DNA of 64,000 nt. Source: an uncultured Actinomycetes bacterium. GTDB lineage: Bacteria > Actinomycetota > Acidimicrobiia > Acidimicrobiales > AC-9. The notes beneath the pieces were generated by a model that saw only the letters and a list, made by a program, of their open reading frames with translations, ran no database searches and was not told the DNA's origin. The DNA is taken from contig CAVSUO010000006.1 in assembly GCA_963731255.1 (NCBI GenBank), forward strand, positions 188,222 to 252,221. The letters are read 5' to 3'. Positions 9,625 through 20,966 of this stretch are shown here, piece by piece (positions within the stretch are counted from its first letter, which is position 1; each line of letters starts with the position of its first letter). Position numbers and translations under genes: made by a program.

Positions 9625-10497
9625 TCAGATCCGCTGGTCGGCCCACATCGCAGAGGACCGCTTGCGCAGGTCCTTCAAGCTGTCTGTTTTCGACGTAAAC
9701 GAGTTGAACCCGTCGGCTTCTCGTGGTCCGGCGGCGTAGTCGACAGGGAGCTCGAATGCTGCGACCTGGCTGATGGGCCCATCGGCAGCACCGCGCAACA
9801 CGTACTTCGTGCGCCGGATCGCGTGACGGCTCTTCGCGAGGATGAGTTCGGCCAGCGCCTGGGTCGCGGCTTCCAGGTCATCCCGCTCGACGACCCGGTT
9901 GGCGAGGTCCCAGTCAACGGCCTGCCGCCCGGTGAACTCGTAGGCAAGCAGGTTGATCTCACGAGCGCGCCGGCGGCTCGTCACTCGCTGCATACGTGTG
10001 CAGCCACCCCAACCAGGGGTGAGTCCGTAGTCGATCTCAGGCATGCCCCAGCGTGCTTCGGGCGTGGTAAGCACGAAATCACAGCACATCGTGATCTCCA
10101 AGCCGCCTCCCATGCACACGCCATCGACAGCAGCGATCGTTACGACGTCGACCAGATTCTCGATCATCGCCGCCGTCTCTTGGAACATCGATACGACGAT
10201 GAACGCGTTGCTCTCGGGCAGGCTCGCCGGTTCCTCGAGCGCGACCGCGGAGTCGTAGGAGAGCTTGCGGGTGTCGAGCACTGGGAACTCAGCGATGTCA
10301 TCGCCGGCGCAGAAGGTATTGCCCGCGCCGGTGAAGATGAGTACACGCGCTTCTTCATCGAACCGGACAGCCCGGACAGCTTCGTGCAGTTGTTTCTGCA
10401 TCGACACGGTAAGAGCGTTGTGCTTCTCGGGCCGGTTCAGCGTGATCCGGTAGATCGGACCCTCCTTCTCGAACCGGAACTCATTCCCGAAATCCAT
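9625..10497 (-). CDS. enoyl-CoA hydratase/isomerase family protein
   Basis: ITLNRPEKHNAL, FCAGDDI, GGGLE, GMPEI..GLTPGWGG; SD GGAGGAAGG. Confidence 0.92.
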   Translation of the reverse strand: MDFGNEFRFEKEGPIYRITLNRPEKHNALTVSMQKQLHEAVRAVRFDEEARVLIFTGAGNTFCAGDDIAEFPVLDTRKLSYDSAVALEEPASLPESNAFIVVSMFQETAAMIENLVDVVTIAAVDGVCMGGGLEITMCCDFVLTTPEARWGMPEIDYGLTPGWGGCTRMQRVTSRRRAREINLLAYEFTGRQAVDWDLANRVVERDDLEAATQALAELILAKSRHAIRRTKYVLRGAADGPISQVAAFELPVDYAAGPREADGFNSFTSKTDSLKDLRKRSSAMWADQRI

Positions 10498-10540
10498 CGC
10501 CGCTCTCCTTCCTCCTAGGGTTCAATAGGTCGCGTACCGA

Positions 10541-11175
10541 TCATCCGGTCGGTAGAACGCTCTGTTCGCCGACGGTGATTCTCTCGACGGCGGGACCGAT
10601 CCAGCGACCGATAAACCGGCGGAGCCTTGCGGTCGACCACGGGGGATCGGGCGGGTCGATGAGCATGGAGGCGATCAACCGGAGCATGACCTCGATCACC
10701 TCATCGATGTCGGCCCGGCGGAAACCCAGCCCCGTCCAGTCGATGGTCGAGCGCCGAAACTCCTGACGCATCATCTCGACGGCCACGGGCGAGGTCATGC
10801 TTCGGGCGAACAGTTCGGCGCGGCCGGCGTCGAGCAGGAGAGTCATGCGAGGCCGGGACGGAAGCCACTCGATAGGGATCGCTACGGCCTCGACGATCCA
10901 TGCGACGGGATCGGTATACCGGTCGAGCCGTGCTCGCATCTGGTCGCGGAACTCTTGAGCTACGTGCTGACCCACCGCTGAGAGGAGATCATCGGAACTG
11001 GGGAAGTGTCGATACAGAGTCGGTCGGCTGACCCCGAGCTCTTTGGCGACCTCGGACAAGGAGAGCGCCTGCGGACCGAGCCTATCGACGCAGCGCGCGG
11101 CCGCTTCGATGATCCGTCCCCTGGCGTCATCGTCGTCGCAGGGAGGCATACCGGCCCAGGCTCGCCTTCTGGCGC
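10541..11175 (-). CDS. TetR/AcrR regulator whose N-terminus is joined in frame to an integrase remnant
   Basis: WAGMPP.DDDDARGRIIEAA, HTH LSEVAKELGVSRPTLYRHF; no clear native start. Confidence 0.85.
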
Positions 11176-11492
11176 GGACGTCTCTCACCCGCACCCTGCC
11201 GAAGCGGGGAAGGATGAGACGGTCCAGGAGCCGCCGATACTCCTCAGAGTCGTAGGCGACAGGTTTGCGTCGGCCGTCGCCCTCCAGCGCTCCACCAACT
11301 CGGCAACCGTTCCTCGATCACCACGCCGCTTCCGCCCAGCTTCGGCCAGGAGCTCACGAAGCTTCCCATCGGCGATTCGCTTCGGACCATGGAAGGTGCG
11401 TGTGAGGTAGCGCCTGGCGGCCAGCAGCATCGCGCCCAGGTAGACCCTCGGCGCGCCAGGCGTTCTTCCACGCTGCTCGAGATTCCCCGCAT
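11170..11492 (-). pseudogene. tyrosine integrase N-terminal remnant (arm-binding and start of core-binding domain)
   Basis: Read across indels: MRG..EQR..NAWR.RVYLGRDAAG.RRYLTRTFHGPKRIADGKLRELLAE...TVAELVERW...LSPTTL.EYRRLLDRLILPRFG. Lies next to a tRNA 3' end; no catalytic domain. Confidence 0.75.
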
Positions 11493-11521
11493 AGCAGCGA
11501 CGGTAGCCAACTCAGCAGGGA

Positions 11522-11542
11522 ATTCACCAAGTGATTGACCAA
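11522..11542. repeat. tandem 9-bp imperfect direct repeats, candidate integrase arm-type sites
   Basis: ATTCACCAA (11522-11530) and ATTGACCAA (11534-11542) between the tRNA 3' end and the int start. Confidence 0.45.
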
Positions 11543-11600
11543 ACTGGGGCCGGCAGGACACGGTCGGAGGACCCTCAGGCCATTTACCAGGACTTTTAAG

Positions 11601-11673
11601 CGCCCCCGGGAGGATTCGAACCTCCGACGCACGGTTTAGGAAACCGACGCTCTATCCTCTGAGCTACGGGGGC
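11601..11673 (-). tRNA. tRNA-Arg(CCT)
   Basis: GCCCCCGTAGCTCAGAGGATAGAGCGTCGGTTTCCTAAACCGTGCGTCGGAGGTTCGAATCCTCCCGGGGGCG; cloverleaf, anticodon CCT, no encoded CCA. Confidence 0.96.
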
Positions 11674-11704
11674 CTGGAGCAGCTGAGAAGCGGGTCTTAC
11701 TCTA

Positions 11705-12834
<1,130 letters not shown>

Positions 12835-12853
12835 CTATACTCCGCTGCACCAT

Positions 12854-13305
12854 TTGTCCTCAACCCGAGGAGGGCGAAGTTCCTCCGCGCGACATCCTGT
12901 CGTCGTGTCCGCGGCCATCCCGGGCAACGGCAACCGCCTGCTCGCCGTGTGCCGGCACGACACCGATCGCTGGGACGCGCCGGGCGGCTATCTCGAGCGC
13001 GACGAGACCGTCGACGAGGCCGTCGGCCGCACCGTCTGGGAGAAGACGGGCCTGCTGGTGCGGCCCGTGATCCTCACCGGGGTCTACAAGGACATGGACA
13101 AGGGCGAGGTAGCGCTCGTTTTCCGGTGCAACTGATCGGCAACGACATCGACCGCCGCGTCGAGGCTGCAGCCGGACGCTGGCTCACCGCCGACGAGGTG
13201 TGCGCCCTCATGGACGACGCCAGTGCCGAGCGCCTGCTCGACGCCGTCCGCCTCGGACCTCCCAGGATCCGGTCCTACAACGGCGCCCGTCTGGCCGAGC
13301 ACTGA
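12854..13305 (+). CDS. Nudix-fold protein with degenerate Nudix box (1 indel)
   Basis: WDAPGGYLERDETVDEAVGRTVWEKTG..LTGVYKDM..VALVFRC; TATACT -10 at 12836. Confidence 0.7.
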
Positions 13306-13483
13306 GGCGGAGCCGCGCCACCTCCCCTGACCAGGGGATTGCCGCCAGGGGCGGACGGGGTACATCACCCAGAACGGGCAGCTGGGGACCAGGCACTTCT
13401 CGGTGCCGACTGACCCGCATAGGCGATCCGGCGATCTGTCCGAGGCGCCTCACCCAACTGTGGCGGAAGCGAGGTGATCAGCA

Positions 13484-14400
13484 ATGGCCGTACAGAGCAC
13501 CCGTCGTCACCGCCGAGGGCCAAACCGTCCCCGAAGGACACCCGATCGTGCGCCGTAAGGTGCGCTTCGACTGGTCCGACACCCAGAGGCACTGGGTGCC
13601 GGACGATCCGTTCACCACGCCACGTGGTCAACGTGCTGCACCTGCTGCTGCCTGCCGGTGAGCGGTGGTTCATCGACGTCGTCAACAAGGCCCGACCCCT
13701 GGTCCACGACGAGGAGCTGCAGGAGCGAGATCAAGCCCTTCGTCCAGCAGGAGGCTGGCACGCCTGGGCCCATACCGTCGTCCTCGAGCACCTCGCCGAG
13801 CAAGGGCATCGACACCAGGCATACACCGAGCGGCTGGAGAAGCAGTGGTTCGGCCGGGTGCTCGCCGACCACCCCGGCTGGCCGAAGTCGCTCCAGCGCT
13901 GGTGGCTCAATCGCCGGCTCGCCGTGGTCGCCGCCATCGAGCACTACACGTGCGTGCTGGGCGCGATGGGTCATCGAGAACGAGGGGCTCGAGCGGGCCG
14001 GGCGCCGACCCGGTCATGCTCGACCTCCTCCGTTGGCACGGAGCGGAGGAGGTCGAGCACCGGTCGCTGGTGTTCGACGTCCACAACGAGGTCTCGGGCA
14101 GCTACCTGCAGCGGGCCACGACCATGGCCGAGGTCGGTGTTCTTCCTGTCGCTCTTCTGGGTCCTCGGCGTCCAGTTCCTCATGCGCCACGACCCGTCGC
14201 TCCGGCGGCGCCAAGCCCCGGTGGCGGGACTGGCTGCGGGCGGCCCGCCAGGAGCGGCTCCCCTCCGCCGGCCATGCTGTACGGTGCCGTGCCTCGGTAC
14301 GTGCGCCCCGGACACCACCCGATCCAGGAGGCCTCTACCCAGATGGCGCTCGACTACCTCGCCCGGTCCCCCGCAGCGAGCGGCGGCGCAGAAGGGCTGA
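13484..14400 (+). CDS. predicted metal-dependent hydrolase (several indels)
   Basis: VNVLHLLLPAGERWF, AAIEHYT, LLRWHGAEEVEHRS..FD, PGHHP. Confidence 0.85.
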
Positions 14401-14600
14401 GCGCTGCCGTGGTCGCCCTCGGCGTCCTCGTCGCGGGCGTCGCGGTGGCGCTGGTCGCCCAGTTCGTGCTGTCGTCCTGGGCCGAGTCCAGCCAGCTCAA
14501 CCACGACCTCCAGCACGGCATCATCTTCGTGGCCGGGGTCGGCGTCGGAGCATCGCTCCTCGCCTTGTACCGTCTGGGGCGACGGTCGGCGAGCGACTGA
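14397..14600 (+). CDS. small two-helix membrane protein
   Basis: LSAAVVALGVLVAGVAVALVAQF...LNHDLQHGIIFVAGVGVG; overlaps the upstream stop; start CTG 14397 or GTG 14409. Confidence 0.55.
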   Translation: MSAAVVALGVLVAGVAVALVAQFVLSSWAESSQLNHDLQHGIIFVAGVGVGASLLALYRLGRRSASD

Positions 14601-16148
14601 CCCATACGGCGAAGGCGGCGGCGACACGCCGCCTCCGGCAAGGCCCAACCACCACCACCAGCCAGCCCCGCCCGCCGTCGGGAGGCGGTAGGCCAGCAGC
14701 CCGCGGTCGGTCGCGGCGACGAGGTGTGACCCGATGGGCAACACCCGCCAGGTGACCCCGTCGCCCGCCAGCTGGGGCCAGCTCTGGCTCCACGTGCGGC
14801 CTCCGTCCAGGCTGGCCTCGACGCCGTCCTCCATGGTCCCGGCGTACGCCCGTCCGCCGGCGCCGAAGCTGACGCTCACCACGTGGACGCCGGTCGGACC
14901 AGAACGGTGGTTGTGGACCGTCGAGCCCGGCTTGGGTCCGGCGCCAGGAGCCGCCGTCGTACGCCTGCACGCCGTCGCCCATGGAGCTCGCCACCAGCTG
15001 ACCGCCGGGAGTCGGCGTCGAGCATCACGACCCCGTACTGGCTCGAGCTTCGCGCCCAGCGGTCTCCGGTCCAGCGGTAGACGGCCTGCCCGTCGCTGCC
15101 GAACAGGCTCTGCCCACGCCACGCGAGCGACCAGGCGCTGGCGGGATCGGCGAGGCCGGAGCTGAGCAGCTCCCACCGGCGCCCGCCATCGGTCGTGCGC
15201 CACATCCCCTGGTCGGAGCTGGCCCACACGGTGTCCGTCTGTGCGAAATCAACCGCTACGGCGTGGACGTCCGTGGCCTGGACCGGTAGCCGCTCGTAGG
15301 GTCCCTCCAGCTGCGGAGCACCCCACAGCCCGTCGACGGCGCCGGCCAGGACCGCGTACGGGCCCCGCCCCGGCAGCTCGAGCCCCAGCACGGGATCGTC
15401 GGCGCCGAACGGGCCGACGCGACGCCAGCGGAGTCGCCGACAGCGCTGCACGAAGAGCCCGGCCCCGCCGGCGACGAGGTGCCGCCGATCCGGGGTCAGC
15501 GCCAGCCGATCGAGGAACACCTGCGGTCCCGCCGGCGTCCACGCCGACGCCGGCACCGGTCTGCGTCGGCAGGGCGGCGGCCCGACCGAGGAGCGCCGCC
15601 GCACCGATCGGAACCAGCAGGACCACCAGCCCAGCCACCGGGGCGCGCGAAGGCGCCGGAGCCGGTCGTAGGCGCGCGCCATCGATGGTGGACGACGTGC
15701 CAGGTGGTCGGTACGACCATCCAGACCGACGCGATCAGGTGGGCGTCGGCCAGGTCGCCGCGGACAGGGGCCGACCAGGGACGAAGGCGAGGGCGCCGGT
15801 GACGACGACCGCGCCGTAGCCCAGCCCGAGCGACCACGACAGCCAGCGCTGCCAGAGCACGAGCCCCGACACGCCTGGCACCGTCGGTCCGGAGGCCGAC
15901 CCTGGCCACCTTGGCCACGAGGAAGACGACCATCGCCGAGCCGACGTAGAGATGGACCGCGTCAGCGGTCGCCAGACGAAGCGGCGAGCGCACGCCGCTG
16001 CCGACCAGCAGGTACGGCACGGCGCTCAGCCAGGCCAGGGCGACCAGCAGGACGAGCCCGGTGCCCAGCCAGCCCAGCGACGAGCGGGAGCTCGAGCCGC
16101 CGCCGCGGACGGCGGGCGAACCACGCCGTCCGTGGGGTCCAGCGTCAG
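14521..16148 (-). CDS. His-containing multi-TM domain fused to a BNR/Ycf48-like beta-propeller with C-terminal TM (several indels)
   Basis: HLYVGSAMVVFLVAKV, DAHLIASVWMVVPTTWHVVHH; repeats WRTTDGGRRWE and ASLDGGRTWS; WWWWLGLAGG tail. Confidence 0.6.
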
Positions 16149-16675
16149 CGGACGACGCCGCGAGGGGCGCCGGTCAGCCGCAGGCGGGACGTGCCCGCCA
16201 GCGTCAGCACGAACAGGCGCGAACGTGAGCACGTGCACGGTGGTGCACCACAGGCAGATGGCCTTGATCGAGAGCAGCTCGGCGGAGATGAGGTACAGGG
16301 CGAAGCCCATGCCTCCGACGGCCAGTACCAGCCGCGATGACGGCCACAGCGGGCGAGCGCCGACCGCCACGCGGCCGGAAGGTTGAGCACGCCATGGCGA
16401 GGAACCAGGCCAGTCCCAGCACGGCGACCGGTATGCCGATCAGCATCGACTGCGAGCTGGTCGTGACCTTGGCGCAGTTGATGGCGCCGGACCCGCTGCA
16501 GGCGAGGATCGAGGTCGTCGTGTAGTGGGCCGCAGTGAGGTAGGAGGAGACGCCGACGCCAGCGACGGCGAAGACCAGGCCGAGGGCCGGGAACCAGCTG
16601 CTCACGCCGGCGGGCTCGACGTCGTCGTCGTCGCTCGACCGCTGGCGGGCGGTCGACCTCGAGCCCGGGCGTCAT
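16145..16675 (-). CDS. vitamin K epoxide reductase (VKOR) family protein (indels)
   Basis: YLT..HY...LACSGSGAINCAKVTTSSQS, GIPVAVLGL, LYLISAELL.IKAICLWCTTVH; all four catalytic Cys present. Confidence 0.9.
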   Translation of the reverse strand: MTPGLEVDRPPAVERRRRRRARRREQLVPGPRPGLRRRWRRRLLLPHCGPLHDDLDPRLQRVRRHQLRQGHDQLAVDADRHTGRRAGTGLVPRHGVLNLPAAWRSALARCGRHRGWYWPSEAWASPCTSSPPSCSRSRPSACGAPPCTCSRSRLFVLTLAGTSRLRLTGAPRGVVR

Positions 16676-16679
16676 CAGG

Positions 16680-17615
16680 TCATCCGCCCAGCTTGGCCTT
16701 GGCCGCGGCGATCGTCGGGGTGGCTGCAGACCTGGCGCCGGCTGGTTGTTGGTCAGCTGGCAGATTGCCGCCGTGAGGATGTTGGCGGTCCCGTTGATGT
16801 TCTGGGCGATCGGGTTCGAGGGGTCGACCAGGCTTCCCGCGATCGCCGCCATGGACTGGCCCTGGAGGACCTGGGGGCTGTAGCTGGCGCCGGAGACGAT
16901 GTAGCGGTTGCCGAAGTCCACGAAGGGGATCCCGCCCGAGCTCTGGCTGTACGGTGGCGCGTCGTACTGCTGGAGGAGCTTCTGCTGATCGGCGGTGGGT
17001 TCTGCAGCGGCGCGTAGCTGTTGCCCGAGAGCTGGTTGCTCTGCTCTTCGACCGGCGTGAACACCAGGTAGGGGCTGGAGTAGGTCGAGCGATAGAAGCT
17101 GAACGTCTTGGTCCCCGGGAAACTCGTCGTATGGTCGCGGACTCGGTGGCCCCCAGGTTCGAGAAGGTGCCGAAGCGGCTCAGGGCCACCGACCATCGGC
17201 CAGCGCTCGGCGGCGCAGAACGGACAGTACTCGGCCCCGATGTAGAGCACCTCGGGCTTGCCGTTGCTGGCGAGGGGGGCTGGTTGCCCGTGGTGGGCTT
17301 CGGCGCCTGGATCTCCGCCGGGCCCAGCCCGACCGCGGCCAGCTTGTCGGGGGGCACGTTGGTCGTCGCCTGGACGACGTCGGCCGGCGCCGGCGTCGTG
17401 GCCGTCGCCTTGGATCCGCCGTTCGTCACGGCCACGGCGACGATGACCACGACCACCACGATGACGAGCCCGCCCGCCGCCCAGGGCCACCAGGTCCGCG
17501 ATCTCCCGGCGGCGCCTGGCGGGAAGGGAGCCGGCCGGGCCTGCCTGGCGCGGCTGGGCGGCGGCCGGCTCGGTCCGCCGACCCCCCGCGAGGACGTTCG
17601 TCCGGATTTGGCCAC
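16680..17615 (-). CDS. DUF929-family membrane-anchored thioredoxin-like protein (indels)
   Basis: N-terminal TM; GKPEVLYIGAEYCPFCAAERW, ALSRFGTFSNL, IPFVDFGNRY, ILTAAICQLTNNQP..C. Confidence 0.85.
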   Translation of the reverse strand: MAKSGRTSSRGVGGPSRPPPSRARQARPAPFPPGAAGRSRTWWPWAAGGLVIVVVVVIVAVAVTNGGSKATATTPAPADVVQATTNVPPDKLAAVGLGPAEIQAPKPTTGNQPPSPATASPRCSTSGPSTVRSAPPSAGRWSVALSRFGTFSNLGATESATIRRVSRGPRRSASIARPTPAPTWCSRRSKSRATSSRATATRRCRTHRRSAEAPPAVRRATVQPELGRDPLRGLRQPLHRLRRQLQPPGPPGPVHGGDRGKPGRPLEPDRPEHQRDRQHPHGGNLPADQQPAGARSAATPTIAAAKAKLGG

Positions 17616-17730
17616 GTCGAAGTCCTAACTCCCTGCTGGCGCGGCCCGGTCCATCACCGAGGCAACGCCCCGAGAACTGTACCGACCGGGCCCGGGTGGT
17701 GTTGCGGCCGGCCGACCCCCAGCTTGGTCA

Positions 17731-19422
17731 TCATGCCGGCGCGGCGGCGCGGGATCCGAGCGCAGCGACCACCTCTGTGGCGGCGCGCTCACCCGATTCG
17801 GCGGCGCCGTCCATGTACCCCGCCCATCGCGTCGCCGTCTCGGTCCCGGCCCAGTGGACCAGCCCCAGCGGCTGGCGCAGGACGGACCCGTAGTCGACGA
17901 GCGTGCCGGGAGTCGGAAAGCCGATCGGGCCGCCGGCGCTGAACTCCTCCCGGTTCCACAAGGCCTCGTAGTAGCCGTCGATGCCGCCCGAGGGGCTGGA
18001 GCGCCTGGGGCCCGAAGTAGTTGGCCAGGTCGGTCACGACCTGGCGGTAGCGCTCCTCCCGTGTCCGTGCCGACCAGTAGCGAGCCTCGTCGGCTTCGAT
18101 GAAGCCCAGGATGGCGCCGGGGGTGACCTGCGGCGTCTGTGGATCCGGATGCGGTGTGTTGTCGAAGGTGGCGCGGACGGCCCCGCTGTCGCTGGTGACC
18201 TGACCGGCCAGCCCCTGGTCGCGCCAGAAGGGCCGGGGATAGATGACGTTCACCTTGAGGATGCTGGCCATCGGAAATCGCTGGGTGAGCTGATCGCGCC
18301 GAAAGCCGTCCGCGCTCAGGGCGGACAGTGGCGGGTCGTAGGCGACGCGGCCAGCCAGCGCCGGCGGGATGGCCACCACGGCGCGGCGCCCCGTGGCGCT
18401 GAAGCCGTCGCCGTGTCGCGGTCACCGAGCCGCCCGACTGCTGGAGCGCCCGCACGGGGGCGTTGAGGACGAGGCTGTCACCGAGCTCGGCGGCCATGGC
18501 GATCGAGATCGCCTGGGAGCCGCCGACGAACCGGCTGTCCTGGGCCCCGTTGGCGGTGTCGACGAGGTTGTCGAGGTTGCCCGCCGAGGCGATGTAGCTC
18601 AGCAGGTAGAGCAGCGAGATCTCTCGCGGCTCGACCGAGAGCACGGCTTCGACGGCCAGCGTCACCAGATGGTTGGTGGCGGCGTCGGGCGAGGCGGGCG
18701 GCACCAGGGTGCGGCGCATCCACGACTCCACCGTCTCGCTGTCCCACTCGCTGGCGTGGGCCGAGGTCCAGGGAGCGGCCGGGTCGACCTCCCGCGCCAT
18801 CTGGTTGAGGAGCCCGAGGGCGAGCCCGGCGTTGGTGGTGCTCGGATCGGGCGGAATGCGGTTGGAGCTGCTGTACCGCGTCGCGCCGATACCGTGCAGG
18901 TAGTTGAGGTAGTCGCCGTTGTTGTACGTCTTGAACGTGCCGATGCCGAGCTCGGCGGCGAGACCGAAGATGCGCGACTGCGGCCAGTACACGGCCTGGG
19001 TCGGCACGCTCGCGACCGGCGCCTCGTTCGGAAGGGGTCCGACGAACTGACCTCCCATCTCGACGACCCGTCCCGGAAAGCCGTTGGCGCCCAGGTCCTG
19101 ATTGCGCGTCCGGCCGCCGACGCGGTCCGCGCGCCTCGAGCACGACGACCGACAGCCCTTTTGATCGCAGCGTCCGGGCCGCCACCAGGCCGGCGATCCC
19201 CGCTCCCACGATGACGACGTCGGCGCCCCGGTTGCCCGACGGCGCTGCCGCCGGCCGGGAGCTCGGCGGGTTGGCGGCCGCGACAGCGGCAGCGGGGCGA
19301 AGGGCGAGGCCGGCACCGGCGGCGGCCATGCTGCCCAGCAGGGCGCGCCGGGACACGCCGGTGCGACCAATTCCTCGATCGATGCCGGCAGCGGCTCCTG
19401 GCTTGTCGTCGGTCGGGCTCAT
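17731..19422 (-). CDS. Tat-signal flavin monoamine oxidase family protein (indels)
   Basis: SRRALL Tat motif; VVIVGAGIAGL, RVGGRT, EMGGQFVG, HWAGTETATRWAGYMDGA. Confidence 0.88.
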
Positions 19423-19544
19423 CCCCAGCTCCCCGCCCTTAGCGCACCGGGCGCCCGGCGCAGGGCGCACACCCTACCTCTCAGCCTGTGGCCGGTTTCC
19501 AGATGGCTGCCGCCGCTATCGGGACCCGCGTATGGTGGCCGGAC

Positions 19545-19937
19545 GTGGACCGGATCGTCGTCGACGGGATGAACGTCATCGGCTCCCGGCCGACGGGGTG
19601 GTGGCGCGACCGCCACGGTGCAGCACGCGATCTCCTCCAGCGCCTGCAGCGGCTCCGGGCCACCACCGACGCCGAGGTGACGCTGGTGCTCGACGGGCGG
19701 CCGCAACCCGACCTGGCCGAAGGCGACCACGCCGGGGTGCGGATCCTCTACGCCCGGAGGGCGGGCCCCGACGCAGCCGACGAGCGCATCCTCGCCCTCG
19801 TGGCCGACGATCCCGAGCCCGGGTCGATCCAGGTCTTCACGTCGGACCGGGCCCTGCGCCAGCAGCTGGAAGGACTCGGGGCGGCCGTGGACGGAGCGAG
19901 CGTGCTGCTCGCCCGCCTCGACCGGCTGGCGGGGTGA
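19545..19937 (+). CDS. NYN/PIN-domain (YacP-like) nuclease
   Basis: IVVDGMNVIGSRP.GWW, LVLDG, DAADERI, VFTSDRALR; TATGGT just upstream (leaderless). Confidence 0.85.
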   Translation: MDRIVVDGMNVIGSRPTGWWRDRHGAARDLLQRLQRLRATTDAEVTLVLDGRPQPDLAEGDHAGVRILYARRAGPDAADERILALVADDPEPGSIQVFTSDRALRQQLEGLGAAVDGASVLLARLDRLAG

Positions 19938-20061
19938 CCGTCCCGGGGCGGGCGGCTGCGGAGGCCCGCCCTGCCTTCCCCCGGCTGCGTGCTCCGGCCC
20001 GGGCTACACCAACCGCTCCGGGCCTCTAGCCTGGTGGATACCGCAGTGGAAGGAGACGCGA

Positions 20062-20298
20062 GTGCTCGCCAATATCGCCGGGCCGGACCTCTTCATCGTC
20101 TTGGCTGTGGTCGCGCTGCTCTTCGGCGGCAGCCAGCTCCCGAAGCTGGCCCGCTCACTGGGATCGGCGTCCCACGAGTTCCGCAAGGGCGTCGAGGACG
20201 GCAGCCAAGCGGAGGACAAGACGGCGGCCGAGGGCAAGGACAAGAGCAAGGCCGAGGACAAGGCCACGACGGAGGACAAGGGGAAGGCAAGTACCTGA
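20062..20298 (+). CDS. tatA: twin-arginine translocase TatA/TatE subunit
   Basis: TM then LLFGGSQLPKLARSLG.A.HEFRKG; SD AAGGAG. Confidence 0.93.
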   Translation: MLANIAGPDLFIVLAVVALLFGGSQLPKLARSLGSASHEFRKGVEDGSQAEDKTAAEGKDKSKAEDKATTEDKGKAST

Positions 20299-20365
20299 GC
20301 CACCCCGCTCCGATCGGGGAGGGCTTCCGTTCGGGCTTCATCAGGGGGTCGAGTACGTCTTCGCC

Positions 20366-20941
20366 GTGATCCTCGGCGAGACATCGCTTCACGTGCGCGG
20401 GCCGATGGGGAAGGTCCTCCTCGCCGCCGCCGCCTATCTGGTGGCAGTGGCGGTGCTGTCCCGGGGCCCTCTGGGCGCCATCCGTGTCCTGGGACCCCGC
20501 CTCCACCAGGCGCTCGACCTGGTACTGGTCGGCGCCCTGGTCGCGTCCCCGCTCATCGTCGTGCTCATCCTCGGCCGGAGCGACCTCGACACGGCGGGGA
20601 TCATCGTGGCCGAGGCGCTCGCCGTCGTGCTCCTCCGGATGGCCTTTCGGACCCACTACGTGCCGGCGCCGGTCCCGGCTGTCGCCGCTGCCGGCACGAA
20701 GGCGGCCCCGGTCGCAGCCGAGCCACCGCCACCCGTTCCGGCCAGCCCCGTTAGTGAAGAGCCGCCAAAGGAAGCGGAGCCCCGGAGCGCACCGCGCCCG
20801 GTGCCCTCGACGGCCTGGACCCTCGGCGTCCTCGCCGCTCGGGCCCGCCGGCGAGGGGCTGGCTCGGACCGCACGCTGGGCGGGGGGGCCCGGCGTCTGG
20901 GCACGGCCCTGGGCCGCGCCAACCGCCGCCGCAGCGGCTGA
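20366..20941 (+). CDS. hypothetical membrane protein
   Basis: Hydrophobic helices with LHQ repeats; the frame is open upstream (LPFGLHQGVEYVFAVIL), so the true start is nearer 20295. Confidence 0.6.
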   Translation: MILGETSLHVRGPMGKVLLAAAAYLVAVAVLSRGPLGAIRVLGPRLHQALDLVLVGALVASPLIVVLILGRSDLDTAGIIVAEALAVVLLRMAFRTHYVPAPVPAVAAAGTKAAPVAAEPPPPVPASPVSEEPPKEAEPRSAPRPVPSTAWTLGVLAARARRRGAGSDRTLGGGARRLGTALGRANRRRSG

Positions 20942-20966
20942 CCCGATCGCTACGTCGAGCGCAGAG

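Larger units (their letters stand above)
1..11600. mobile_element. end of a genomic island integrated at tRNA-Arg (other boundary outside window)
   Basis: Visibly more A/T-rich than the core, sparse coding, TA module, int remnant abutting the tRNA 3' end. Confidence 0.65.
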
